A DNA stretch of 63,844 nucleotides, filler included, from Chiloscyllium plagiosum (GCF_004010195.1; 6 parts of one record of this genome joined end to end with filler, not necessarily neighbours in it), one strand, 5' to 3'. Positions 14,037 to 26,164 are shown, counted from the whole stretch's first letter. Notes: a model not told the origin generated them from the sequence alone. Made by a program: numbers and translations.

Positions 14037-17000
14037 GTCAGTCCGGTCTCTCTGCAGTATCTCAGCCCAGTCTATGTGCAGTATGTCAGCCCGGCCGCTG
14101 GGTGGTAAGTCAGCCTGGCCTCTGGCGGTATGTCAGCGCAGTCTCTCTGCAGTATGTCTGCCCGGTCTCCCTGTGGTATATCTGCCGCGTCTCTCTGAGG
14201 TGTGTCAGTCTGGTCACTGCGCGGTATGTCAGCCCCGTCTCTCTGCGGTATGTCAGCCCGGTCNNNNNNNNNNNNNNNNNNNNNNNNNNNNNNNNNNNNN
14301 NNNNNNNNNNNNNNNNNNNNNNNNNNNNNNNNNNNNNNNNNNNNNNNNNNNNNNNNNNNNNNNNNNNNNNNNNNNNNNNNNNNNNNNNNNNNNNNNNNNN
14401 NNNNNNNNNNNNNNNNNNNNNNNNNNNNNNNNNNNNNNNNNNNNNNNNNNNNNNNNNNNNNNNNNNNNNNNNNNNNNNNNNNNNNNNNNNNNNNNNNNNN
14501 NNNNNNNNNNNNNNNNNNNNNNNNNNNNNNNNNNNNNNNNNNNNNNNNNNNNNNNNNNNNNNNNNNNNNNNNNNNNNNNNNNNNNNNNNNNNNNNNNNNN
14601 NNNNNNNNNNNNNNNNNNNNNNNNNNNNNNNNNNNNNNNNNNNNGGTATGTCAGCCCGATCTATGGGCGGTATGTCAGCCTGGTCTGCCTGCGGTATGCC
14701 AGCCCGGCTCCCTGTGGTATATCTGCCCGGTCTCTCTGTGGTATGTCAGCCCGGTCTCTCTGTGGTGAGACAGCCCGGTCTCTCTGCAGTATGTCAGTCC
14801 GGCCACTGCGCGGTATGTCAGTCCGGTCTCTGGGCGGTATGTCAACCCGGTCTCTGCCGTATATTATTCCAGACTTTGGGTGGTATGTCTGCCTGGTCTC
14901 TGTGTGGTATGTCAGCACGGTCTCTCTGCAGTATGTCAGCCCAGTCTCTGGGCGGTACGTCAGCCTGATCTGCCTGCGTTATGCCAGCCCGGTCTCTCTG
15001 GGTGTGTCAGCCCAGTCTCTCTGGGTATGTCAGTCCAGTCTCTCTGTGGTATATCTGCCGCGTCTCTCTGAGGTGTGTTAGTCCGGTCACTGCGCGGTAT
15101 GTCAGCCCGGTCTCTCTGCAGGATGTCAGCCCGGTCTCTCTGTGTATGTCAGCCCGGTCTCTTTGCGGTAATTCAGCCCGGTCTCTCTGCCGTAGTTCTG
15201 CCCTGTCTCTCTGCAGAAAGTCAGTCCGTTCTCTCTGTGGTATGTCAGCCCGGTCTCTGGGCAGTCTGTCTTCCCGGTCGCTGGGCGGTATGTCAGCCCG
15301 GTCTCTGTGAGGAATGTCAGTCCGGTCTCTGTGCAGTATATTTGCCCGGTCTCTGTGTGGTATGTCAGCCCGGTCTCTCTGCGGTATGTTATTCCGGTCT
15401 CTGGGCGGTATGTCGGCTCAATCTCTCTGCAGTATGTCAGCCCGGTCTCTGGGTGGTATGTCAGCCCGGTCTCTCTGTGGTATATCTGCCGCGTCTCTCT
15501 GAGGTGTGACAGTCCGGTCACTGCGCGGTATGTCAGCCCGGTCTCTCTGCGGTAAGTCCACCCAGTCTCTCTGCGGTATGTCAGTCTGGTCTCTGTGCGG
15601 TATGTCTGCCCAGTCACTGGGCGGTAAGTCAGCCCGGTCTCTCTGCACTATGTCAGCACGGTCTCTCTGGGGTATGTCAGCCTGGTCACTGGGCAGTATG
15701 TCAGCCTGATCTCTCTGCAGTATGTCAGCCCGATCTCTCTGCAGTATGTCAGCCCAGACCCTCGGCAGTATGTCAGCCCGGTCTCTGGGCGGTATGTCAG
15801 CCTGGTCTCTCTGCGGTATGTCAGTCCGGTCTCTCTGTGATATGTCAGCCCGATCTTCCGACGGTATATCAGCCCAGTCTCTCTGCGGTATGCCAGCCCG
15901 GTCTTTGTGTGATATGTCAACCCGGTTTCTCTGCGGTATGTCAGCCCGGTCGCTGGCCGGTAATTCAGCCTGGTCTCTGGGCAGTATGTCAGCCCGGTCT
16001 CTCTGCAGTATGTCAGTCCGGTCTCTGTGCGGTATGTCAGCCCGGTCTCTCTGCGGTATGTTATTCCGCTCTCTGGGCGGTATGTCAGCCTGGTCTCTCN
16101 NNNNNNNNNNNNNNNNNNNNNNNNNNNNNNNNNNNNNNNNNNNNNNNNNNNNNNNNNNNNNNNNNNNNNNNNNNNNNNNNNNNNNNNNNNNNNNNNNNNN
16201 NNNNNNNNNNNNNNNNNNNNNNNNNNNNNNNNNNNNNNNNNNNNNNNNNNNNNNNNNNNNNNNNNNNNNNNNNNNNNNNNNNNNNNNNNNNNNNNNNNNN
16301 NNNNNNNNNNNNNNNNNNNNNNNNNNNNNNNNNNNNNNNNNNNNNNNNNNNNNNNNNNNNNNNNNNNNNNNNNNNNNNNNNNNNNNNNNNNNNNNNNNNN
16401 NNNNNNNNNNNNNNNNNNNNNNNNNNNNNNNNNNNNNNNNNNNNNNNNNNNNNNNNNNNNNNNNNNNNNNNNNNNNNNNNNNNNNNNNNNNNNNNNNNNN
16501 NNNNNNNNNNNNNNNNNNNNNNNNNNNNNNNNNNNNNNNNNNNNNNNNNNNNNNNNNNNNNNNNNNNNNNNNNNNNNNNNNNNNNNNNNNNNNNNNNNNA
16601 GTCAGAGAGGGACTAAGGACAGTCAGAGAGTGACTGAGGACAGTCAGAGAGGGACTGAGGACAGTCAGAGAGGAACTGAGGACAGTCAGAGAGGAACTGA
16701 GGACAGTCAGAGAGGAACTGAGGACAGTCAGAGAGGAACTGAGGACAGTCAGAGTGGGACTGAGGACAGTCAGAGTGGAACTGAGGAAAGTCAGAGTGGA
16801 ACTGAGGAAAGTCAGAGAGGGACTGAGGAAAGTCAGAGAGGGACTGAGGAAAGTCAGAGAGGGACTGAGGAAAGTCAGAGAGGGACTGAGGAAAGTCAGA
16901 GAGGGACTGAGGAAAGTCAGAGAGGGACTGAGGAAAGTCAGAGAGGGACTGAGGAAAGTCAGAGAGGGACTGAGGAAAGTCAGAGAGGGACTGAGGAAAG

Positions 17001-17224
17001 TCAGAGAGGGACTGAGGAAAGTCAGAGAGGGACTGAGGAAAGTCAGAGAGGGACTGAGGAAAGTCAGAGAGGGACTGAGGAAAGTCAGAGAGGGACTGAG
17101 GACAGTCAGAGTTCTTCATCAGAACTGTTAACAGCTCAGGAAAGGTGGTAATATATTGAAGTGACGTTTGTGGGAAGGGGTTGGTCTTGCACAAGGTGAC
17201 TTACTTGCCGATTTACTTCCTCCA

Positions 17225-17745
17225 ACCTCAGTATCCAAGGCCTCAGGCACACCTTCCAGGTGAAGCAGCAGCTTACCTGCACTTCTCTCAACTCATTTAT
17301 TTCATTCACTGCTCAGAATGTGGTCTCCTGTATATCGGGGGAGATGAAACACAGATTTGATGACCGCTTTGCTGAACACCTACACTCTGTCTGTAAAACA
17401 TGACCCAGAGTTTCCCACTGCCTCCACTTCAACACACCACTGTGTTCCTACACCAACATTTCTGTCCCAGATCTGTTGCAGTGTTCCTTAACGCAAGTTC
17501 AAAGAACAACACTTCATTTTCCACTTGGGGATTCTGTTTACTCTCTGCTCATTCCTGAAGAAGGGCCTGTGCCCGAAACGTCGAATCTCCTGTTCCCTGG
17601 ATGCTGCCTGACCTGCTGTGCTGTTCCAGCAATAAAGTTTCAACTTAGAACGGACATGTCAACGTCTCCAACACCTGATGCTGCCTGGCTTGCTGCGTTA
17701 TTCCAGCCTCCTGATGACTAATTTGGATTCCAATTCTGCGGGGTT
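17225..17745 (+). mobile_element. Penelope-like element 3' remnant: GIY-YIG endonuclease pseudogene plus hammerhead-bearing terminal segment
   Basis: From 17233, with frameshifts: IQGLRHTFQVKQQLTCTSLN-IYFIHCSECGLLYIG-EMKHRFDDRFAEHLHSV, matching the PLE GIY-YIG pattern IYxIxCxxCxxxYIGE..R...RFxEH. Confidence 0.85.
17551..17586 (+). ncRNA. Minimal type I hammerhead ribozyme motif, family A
   Basis: AUUC-CUGAAGA-A-GGGC cugu GCCC-GAAA-C-GUC-GAAU: intact core, 4-bp helix II, helix I AUUC/GAAU. Predicted cleavage after 17582. Confidence 0.8.
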
Positions 17746-19985
17746 TTTTTCTCCCTAACTAAGTGAAGGACTGAGGACAGTCAGAAAGGGACTGAGGACA
17801 GTCACAGAGGGACTGAGGACAGTCACAGAGGGACTGAGGACAGTCAGAGAGGGACTGAGCACAGTCAGAGAGGGACTGAGGACAGTTGAGGGGGTCTGAG
17901 GACAGTCAGTGGGGGACTGAGCAAAGTCAAAGAGAGGCTGAGGACTGTCAGAGAAGGACTGAGGACAGTCAGAGAGGGAATGAGCACAGTCAGAAAGGGA
18001 CTGAGGACAGTCAGAGAGGGTTTGAGGACAGTCAGAGAGTCTCTGAAGGCAGTCAGAGATGGACTGAGGACAGTCAGAGAGGGAATGAGGACAGTCAGAG
18101 AGGGAATGAGGACAGTCAGAGAGTCTCTGAGGGCAGTCAGAGAGGGACTGAGGACAGTCAGAGAGTGACTCAGGACAATCAGAGAGGGACTGAGGACAGT
18201 CAGAGTGGAACTGAGGACAGTCTGAGAGGGACTGAGGACAGTCAGAGAGGGATGGAGGACAGTCAGAGGGGAACTGTGGGCAGTCAGAGTGTGACTGAGG
18301 AGAGTTAGAGGGGGATCTGAGGACAGTCAGAGAGGGTCTGAGGACAGTCAGAGAGGGACTGAGGACAGTCAGAGAGGGACTGAGGAAAGTCAGACAGGGA
18401 CTGAGGACAGTCAGAGAGGGACTGAGGACAGTCAGAGAGAGTTTGAGGACAGTCAGAGAGTGACTGAGGACAGTCAGAGTGGGACTGAGGACAGTCAGAG
18501 AGNNNNNNNNNNNNNNNNNNNNNNNNNNNNNNNNNNNNNNNNNNNNTTAATTAATTAANNNNNNNNNNNNNNNNNNNNNNNNNNNNNNNNNNNNNNNNNN
18601 NNGGGACTGAGGACAGTCAGAGGGGGACTGAGGACAGTCAGAGGGGGACTGAGGACAGTTAGAGTGAGTCTGAGAACAGTCAGAGAGGGACTGTGGAGAG
18701 TCAGAGAGGGACTGAGGACAGTCTGAGGGGGATTGTGGACAGTCAGAGTGGGACTGAGGACAGTCAGAGAGGGTCTGAGGACAGTCAGAGAGTGACTCAG
18801 GACAGTAGAGTAGGACTGACGAGAGTCAGAGAGGGACTGAGGACAGTCAGAAGGGGACTGAGGACAGTCAGAGAGGGACTGAGGACAGTCAGAGTGGGAC
18901 TGAGCTCAGTGAGTTGGGGACTGAGCACAGTCAGTGTCAGATTGAGGACAGTCAGAGAGGGACTGAGGACAGTCAGAGAGGGACTGAGGACAGTCAGTGG
19001 GGGACTGAGCACAGTCAGAGTCAGACTGAGGACAGTCAGAGAGGGACTGAGGACAGTCAGTGGGGGGTCTGAGGACAGTCAGAAGGGGACTAAGGACAGT
19101 CAGAGGGGGACTGAGCACAGTCAGAGAGTGACTGAGGACAGTCAGAGGGGGACTGAGGATAGTCAGAGGGGGACTGAGGACACTCAGAGAGGGACTGAGG
19201 ACAGTCGGGGGGAACTGAGTACAGTGAGTTGGGGACTGAGCACAGTCAGAGTCAGACTGAGGACAGTCAGAGAGGGACTGAGGACAGTCAGAAGGGGACT
19301 GAGGACACTCAGAGAGGGACCGAGGACAGTCAGAGTGAGTCTGAGAACAGTCAGAGAGGGAATGAGCACAGTGAGTTGGGGACTGAGCACAGTCAGAGTC
19401 AGACTGAGGCCAGTCAGAGAGGGACTGACGAGAGTCAGAGAGGGACTGAGGACAGTCAGAAGGGGACTGAGGATAGTCAGAGAGGCGCTGAGGACAATCG
19501 GATGGTGACTGAGGACAGTCAGAGAGGGACTGCGGACAGTCAGAGGGGGACTGAGGTCAGTCAGAGAGGGACTGAGGACAGTCAGAGAGGGACTGTGGAC
19601 AGTCAGAAGGGGGAAAAGGGGTATTAAAGAGCAACTGAGGACATCAGAGAGGGACTGAGGACAGTCAGAGTGGGACTGAGGACCATCAGAGAAGGACTGA
19701 GGACAGGCGGAGAGGGACTGAGGAGAGCCAGAGGGGTACTGAGCACATCAGAGAGTGACTGAGGATAGTCAGAGGGGGACTGAGGACACTCAGAGAGGGA
19801 CTGAGTAGAGTCAGAGTGGAACTGAGGACTGTCAGAGGTGGCCTGAGGACAGTCTTAGGGGGCCTGAGGACAGGCAGAGAGGGACTGAGGACTGTCAGAG
19901 AAGGACTGAGGGGAGTCAGAGAAGGACTGAGGACAGTCAGAGAAGGACTTAGGAGTATCAGAGAGGGACTGAGGACAGTCAGAGG

Positions 19986-20512
19986 TCAAAGTTTGTGCGA
20001 AGATTTGTAGCTCGGGTGCTCGTTGTGGTTCTGTTCGCCGAGCTGGAAGTTTTTGTTGCAAACGTTTCGTCCCCTGGCTAGGCGACATCATCAGTGCTTG
20101 GGAGCCTCTTGCGAAGCGCTTCTTTGATGTTTCCTCCAGTGTTTATAGTGGTCTGTCCCTGCCGCTTCCGGTTGTCAGTTTCAGCTATCCGCTGTAGTGG
20201 TTGGTATATTGGGCAACATGAGCAAAACTAATGTAGTGTACAAAATGAGAACAGCCAGGGAATTCCTAGAGGCATGGCATTCATCCACAAACTCCATCAA
20301 CAAACACATCGACCTGGACCCAATATACCAACCACTACAGCGGACAGCTGAAACTGACAACCGGAAGCGGCAGGGACCGACCACTATAAACACCGGAGGA
20401 AACATCAAAGAAGCGCTTCGCAGGAGGCTCCCAAGCACTGATGATGTCGCCTAGCCAGGGGACGAAACGTTTGCAACAAAAACTTCCAGCTCGGCGAACA
20501 GAACCACAACAA
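19986..20512. mobile_element. Fold-back Penelope-like element: ~192-bp inverted arms (20022-20213 / 20319-20510) around an internally deleted GIY-YIG remnant
   Basis: The arms are near-perfect reverse complements. The + frame reads MSKTNVVYK..TAREFLEAWHSSTNSINKHIDLDPIYQPL (start and end of a PLE GIY-YIG domain). Confidence 0.85.
20435..20474 (+). ncRNA. Minimal hammerhead motif, family B (mirror copy on - strand at 20058-20097)
   Basis: GCA-CUGAUGA-U-GUC g CCU agcc AGG g GAC-GAAA-C-GUU-UGC. Confidence 0.8.
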
Positions 20513-23500
20513 CAGTCAGAGATGGACTGAAGACAGTCAGAGTGCAATAGGAGCTGAATTCAGTGTCAGAGCTGTAGGCGATTGACAATTCAACACATGA
20601 CGCAGTCTTGGCTGCTGAAGAGCCAGGTTGAGAGCCTGAATGAGAATTACCTAGAGTGAGAGAGAAGATAAAGTACTCAATATTGTCGATGAGATTCATT
20701 AGGAATAGATTGAGAGCGGAAAATCTGATTTTGTGTCTCATGGGTAAGGTTTTCAATGGGTTCCTCGATTATTGTCTGTGCTTAGTAAGTGTCTCAATGG
20801 CAGGAGAACTCAGTCCTGTGGCATTCTCCTCCTGCAATGTGTGGTGAGTCAGGGACGTTTCCAGTCTCCATGGTGACTGCGTGCGCAGGAAGTGTGTTCA
20901 GCTGCACTCCTGATTTGCTGCGTGGAGGCTCACTGTGGATGAGACTGAGAACGTCGAGGATAGCTCGTTTGATAGCGATCTGGTCACACCACTAGTAAAG
21001 GGCTACACAGACAGCTGAGAGTTGGGTGACCACCAGTAAGATAAGGAAGCGTGGGCAGGCAGTGCAGGAGTCCGCTGTGGCCATTCCCTTCAAGCAGGTA
21101 TACTGTGTTGGATACTGCTGGTGGGAATGGCCTGTCAGGGGAAAGCAACAGCTGCAACCCAATCAGTGGCACCATGACTGGCTCTGTTGTACATCAAAAG
21201 TGGAGGCAAGTGGTGGTGATAGGAGATTGTATAGTCAGGGGCACAGATAGGTGGTTCTGTGTAACTGAGCGAGACTCCAGGATGGTGTGGTGCCTCCCTG
21301 GTACCAGAGTCACGGATGTCTCTGAGCCGACACAGGATATTCTGAAAGTGGAAGGTGATCAGCTAAAGGCCATGGTCCATATTGGTAGCAACGCAATAGA
21401 CAGGAAGAGATGAGGTCATGCAAAGGGAATTTAGGGAGTTAGGAAGGAAGTTGAAAAGCAGGATTTCTTAGTTTGTAATCTCAGGATTACTCCCTGAGCC
21501 TGCTAGTGCGGCCAGAAATAGGAAGCTAACACAGTTGAATGCGTGACTAAAGAGCTGGTATGGGAGGGAGGGATTCAGATATCTGTATCATTGGGATCTC
21601 TTCCAGGGCAGGTAGGACCTGTTCAAGAAGGAAGGCTGCACCAAAACAGGAGGGGCACCAACGTCCTGGCAGGGAAGTTTGCTAGTGCTACCTGGGAAGG
21701 TTCAAACTAGTGTGGAACCTGAACAGTAGGTCACGATTTGGAGTGTTTGAATTGGAGAGAGGTGCTAAATCAATTAGGTCTAGTAGGAAGTACAGGCAGG
21801 GCCTGGTTCATGATCACAGCAGGACTGGCGATCTGAAGCACATTTATTTTAATGCAAGGAGTATAGCAGGTAAGACAGATGAGCTTAGAGCCTGGATTAG
21901 TACAAGGAACTGCAATGTTGTCGCCATTTCAGACACCTGGTTGAGAGACAGGCAGGATTGGCAGTTCAATGTTCCAGGGTTTAGATGTTTTAAGTGTGAT
22001 AGAAAGGGATCTAAAAAGAATGGGAGAGTTGCATTATGGATGAAGCTGAATGTCACAGCTGTATTAAGAGAGGACGTCTTGGGGGGCCAATCCAATGAGG
22101 CAATGTGGGGAGAACTCAGGAATAAGAAAGGTGCAGTCATTATGATGGGAATATACTATAGGCATCCCAATGGCCAATGCAAGATAGAGCAACAGATATG
22201 TAAGCAGATCATGGAAAGATGTAAAAACAACAGGGATGTTAATTTCCCCAAAATTCATTGGGACTCTTTTAGTGCCAAGGGCTTAGTTGGAGCAGAATTT
22301 GTTAGGTGCATCCAGGAAGGATTCTTGAAAAGATATGTAGATAGCTCAACTAGAGAAGGTGCCATCTTAGACTCTGTACTGAGCCTGGCCAAGTAGTCGA
22401 AGTTTCAGTGTGGGAGTATTTTTGGAACAGCAAACATAATTCCATACATTTTAAGGTAGTTATGGAAAAGTTAAGACTGGTCCTCAGGTGAAAGTGCTAA
22501 ATTGAGGGAAGGTTAATTGCAACATTATTAGTCAGGAGCTGGAGAAATTGTATTGGGGTAGCTGCTTGAAGATAAATTAACATCTGACATGTGGGAACCT
22601 TTTAAAAGCCAGTTGGCCAGAGGTCAGAACCAGCATGTTCCTGTGAGGATGAAAGACAGGGATGTCAAGATTTGGGAACCTTGGATGATGAGAGATGTTG
22701 TGTTTAATTAAAAAGAAAAAGGAAGAACATGTAAGGTTGGGAAACAGAAATCAAACATGAGGAGTATAAGTAAAGCAGAAAAAAACTTTAAATAGAAATT
22801 AGGAAAGCTAAAAGGGGCCATGAAATGTATTGGCAAGTAGGATTAAGGAGAATCCCAAGGCATTTTATCTGCGTACTAAAAGCAAGAGGGTAACTAGGGA
22901 AAGGGTAGATTTACTTAAGGACAAAGGAAGGAATTTGTGTGGAGCCAGAGGAATTGGGTGAGATCCTTACTGAGTAATTCATATCGGTATTCATCAAGGA
23001 GAAAGACATGAACGATGGTACGTTTAGGCAAGGGTTTGGTGATACTCTAAGGCATGTTGATATTAAGAAGGAGTGGGTGTCTTGAGAAACATTAAGGTAG
23101 ATACGTCCCCCAGGGCCTGATGGAATATAGCCCAGGATACTGAATGAGGCAAGGGAGGAGACTGCTGGGGCCTGACAGGTCTTTGTACCCTCTTTATCCA
23201 CAGGCAAGAAGTCTGGAGAATAACCAGTGTTGTTCCTTTCTTCAAGAAGGACAGCAGGCACAATCCAGGAAATTGTACATTGGTGAGCCTTACATCAGTG
23301 GTGAGGAAATTGTTGGTGAAGATTCTTAGGGACTTTATGCAGGAGAGATCTTGACCCAGAAATTTGTTTGAATTTTTTTAAGGAAGTGACAAAGGTGATT
23401 GATGATGGTGGGGCTGTCGATGTTATCTACATGGACTTTAGCTAGGTTAGGCTGGTCCAGAAGATCAAATCACATGGAATCCATGGTGACTTGGCAAGTT

Positions 23501-23978
23501 GGATGCAAAATTGGCTTTGCCATAGAAATTAAAAAGTAGTTGCGAAGAGGTGTTTTTCTGACTGGAGATCTGTGACCAATGGTATACAGCAGTGATCAGT
23601 GCTGAGGCCTTTGTTGTTTGTATTGTATAAATGAGGTGGATGAATATGTCGGTGGTCTGATTAGTAAGTGGCAGATAACATGAAAATTGGTGATGTTGTG
23701 GATAGTGAGGAAGGTTGATAAAAGATAATGTAAAATATGGAAAGGTGGGTGGAGAAATGACCGTTAGAGTTTAATTCAAACAAGTGTGAGGTAACTAACT
23801 TTGGGAGGTCAAACGCAAGAGGAAGTTATACAGTAAATGGAGCATTAATATACAGAGGGATCTTGGGGGCTAAGTCCATAGCTCCCTAAAAGTGACAACA
23901 CAAGTGGATAAAGTGGTAATGAAGGCACACAGCATGCTTGCCTTCATCAGTTGGATCATTGAGTATAAAGGTTGGCAA

Positions 23979-24220
23979 AGAAGGGCATTGCTTGTCGCTG
24001 GTCATTCGGGCGTTTCCTTTTTTCCTGGTGGTGGAATACAAATAAAGATTTGCACACCTGTTTTTTTCATTGTGTCCTACACCTACACACATGACATGGA
24101 TGCTGGGAAAAATAAGCTCTACCACAGTTCTACCGGTAGTTTGGGGGTAAAACATTAAAAAAAACAGGAGATGGGTTTTGAGGTAAAAAAAAGATATAAA
24201 CAGGGGATTTAGGGGAAAAA
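23979..24220 (+). mobile_element. 242-bp A-tailed insertion with 12-bp target-site duplication; family unassigned (L1/Tx1-type 3' end possible)
   Basis: AAAGGTTGGCAA at 23967-23978 and 24221-24232; AATAAA and A-rich 3' end; interrupts the CR1 ORF2. Confidence 0.7.
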
Positions 24221-24297
24221 AAAGGTTGGCAAGTCATGTTGCAACTATTTAAGACTTTGATTAGGGCACAGTTGGAGTACGGTGTGGAGTACGGTGT

Positions 24298-24615
24298 GGG
24301 CAGCACGGTGGCACAGTGGTTAGCACTGCTGCCTCACAGTGGCAGAGACCTGGGTTCAATTCCCATCTCAGGCGACTGATTGTGTGGAGTTTGCACATTC
24401 TCCCCGTGTCTGCGTGGGTTTCCTCCTGGTGCTCCGGTTTCCTCCCACAGTCCAAAAACGTGCATGTCAGGTGAATTGGCCACGCTAAATTGCCCGTAGT
24501 GTTAGGTGCAGGAGTAAATGTAGGGGAATGGGTCTCGGTGGGTGTGCTTTTGCGGGTCGGTGCGGATTTGTTGGGCCGAAGGGCCTGTTTCCACACTGTA
24601 AGTAATCTAATCTAA
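24298..24615 (+). mobile_element. HE1-type tRNA-derived V-SINE
   Basis: GGGCAGCACGGTGGCACAGTGGTTAGCACTGCTGCCTCAC head, V-domain (GGAGTTTGCACATTCTCCCCGTGTCTGCGTGGGTTTCCTCC), CR1-like tail ending (AATCT)n. Confidence 0.93.
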
Positions 24616-26164
24616 ACTGGTCACATCAGCAGAGGAAGGATGTGGAGTCTTCAGAGAGGGTGTATAACAGGTTGACCAGGATGTGCCTGCATTGGAGTGT
24701 ATTAGCTATAAGGAAAGATTGGACAAACTTAGATTGTTTTGTCTCTACAGTCAGAGGCTGGAGATTGGAGTGTTGTGTGTGTCTGTGCACCTGATATAAA
24801 CATTTAAAGTATGAGGGACATGGGTAGGGTGGATGCTTGAAGTCTCTTTCCCAAGGTGGAAATGTTTAGTACTAGGTGGTATCAGCTCAAGATGAGACGG
24901 GGAAAGTTTAAAAGAGATATGTGGGGCATGTTTTTTACACAGAGGGTAGTGGGTGCCTGGAACATGCTGCCAGGGGAGGAGATAGAAGCACATAAAATAG
25001 CAAAGTTTAAGAGGCATTTAGATAGACATGATGGACAGGTAGAGGATAGAATGATACAGACCATGTGCAGGCAGATGGAATTAGTTTAGAATAGCATCAT
25101 GGTCAGCACAGACATAATGGGATGAAGGGTCTGTTCCTGTGCTGTTCTGTTCTATGTTCTAAGTTCGAGTGCATTTTCTCAATGAGTGGCTCATTGATTC
25201 AAATTTGAAGTAAAATTTCTTCTGAACAAATAATTGGAGAGTACCTTGATGATTGTTCCTCTTGAATATCCCATTTGCAGAGTCTCACTCCATTTCCTTG
25301 CAGTTTGTAGATATCCTTTTCAAAAATGCATTGAATCACTCAATCCCCTTCTATCTCCTCAGTTAATGAAATTCTTCATTGGTGGAAGTGGGAAGAGCTC
25401 CACCCAGCCTGGCTGTCAGTAAAAATCTCCACCAGTGTGCCGTATTGGTAGTGATTCTATTGACAAGTTCATTAACAAATGTCTTCAAAGATTTCTTTTA
25501 CCACACAATGGTCCATCTCTTTGTTTAGCTCTACACAGCACGTCCTATGTTTCCTTTAAAATTGCAACACAAGCCACACCCATGCTCGCGGTTGGTCGTG
25601 TGCAACTTGTTAATTTCCACAGCCGGGCATATTTTGGATGAAAGTGTGAGAGCACAGCTTCGAGGGAACATTTCTTTATTAATGAGCTATGTATGTGATA
25701 TCCCCTGCCGTAATGAAGCACCAGATCAGTAAAGCCTTTCTCCTTTACTTTGAACTTCTCGAGTGATGCCTTCCCTGGCCAGTCCAGTTGCTGATCCTCA
25801 TTTAGCAATTCCTTTGATCAAGCCAAATTATGAGCCTCTAGCTCAAATTTTCCTTGACCTGCGTGCTGAAAATTTCCACTCTATTAACGAGGTGAAAGAA
25901 TAGGAAGCATACAGAATAATCTATCTGCTATCCTTTCTCACCAATTCTGTAGTTAGTTCCTGATTAAGAATCCTCCTGGCTGGAATGTTAATGATCATTT
26001 TTCATGAAACTCGATATCATGATTTAATTAGTAAACTTACTAAGTCATATTCTTCCTGGATAGTTCATTTTCTGGATGGTTTATTACTGACTCCTTTGAA
26101 TAACATTGCCTCTAGTCATCTCCATGCTCAGTGGTATTGGAGCTTAGTGTACAAGCACATCAAT

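Larger units (their letters stand above)
1..16099. repeat. 24-bp tandem satellite, consensus CGGTATGTCAGCCCGGTCTCTCTG, with higher-order blocks; interrupted by two CR1 fragments and N-gaps
   Basis: Unit visible throughout. It translates as 8-aa repeats (MSARSLCG / VCQPGLSA / YVSPVSLR) in the three + frames. Confidence 0.97.
16600..20545. repeat. 21-bp purine-rich tandem satellite, consensus GAGGACAGTCAGAGAGGGACT; interrupted at ~17110-17765 and ~19986-20512
   Basis: Unit visible directly; 7-aa repeats TEDSQRG / LRTVREG. A homogeneous GAGGAAAGT variant block lies at ~16780-17095. Confidence 0.96.
20620..25160 (+). mobile_element. Near full-length decayed CR1 LINE (ORF1 from ~20797; ORF2 APE-RT from ~21830) with two nested insertions
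   Basis: ORF1: MAGELSPVAFSSCNVW..CRKC and esterase VVVIGDCIVRGTD..SRMVWCLPG..VHIGSN. ORF2: YFNARSIAGKTDEL, IYMDFS, many stops and frameshifts. Tail TCTGTTCTATGTTCT. 5' limit approximate. Confidence 0.9.

Noticed and set aside
9..16099. Long Cys/Ser-rich ORFs (up to 1005 aa) resembling keratin-associated proteins
   Set aside because: They are translations of a stop-poor 24-bp satellite. All frames are open, the peptide switches register at indels, and there is no unique coding sequence or gene structure.
16027..20010. TEDSQRG / LRTVREG repeat ORFs
   Set aside because: Translations of the 21-bp satellite; some are extended artificially through N-runs.
19986..20512. MITE or DNA transposon interpretation of the inverted-repeat elements
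   Set aside because: The arms contain hammerhead motifs and GIY-YIG coding remnants, and arm length differs between copies, which fits Penelope-like inverted termini better.
1..20545. CRISPR-like array
   Set aside because: Units are head-to-tail with no unique spacers, there are no cas genes, and the context is vertebrate.
24298..24370. tRNA genes at the SINE heads (also 28732, 62620)
   Set aside because: A/B boxes are present but continue into SINE body and LINE-like tail; no complete cloverleaf is evident.
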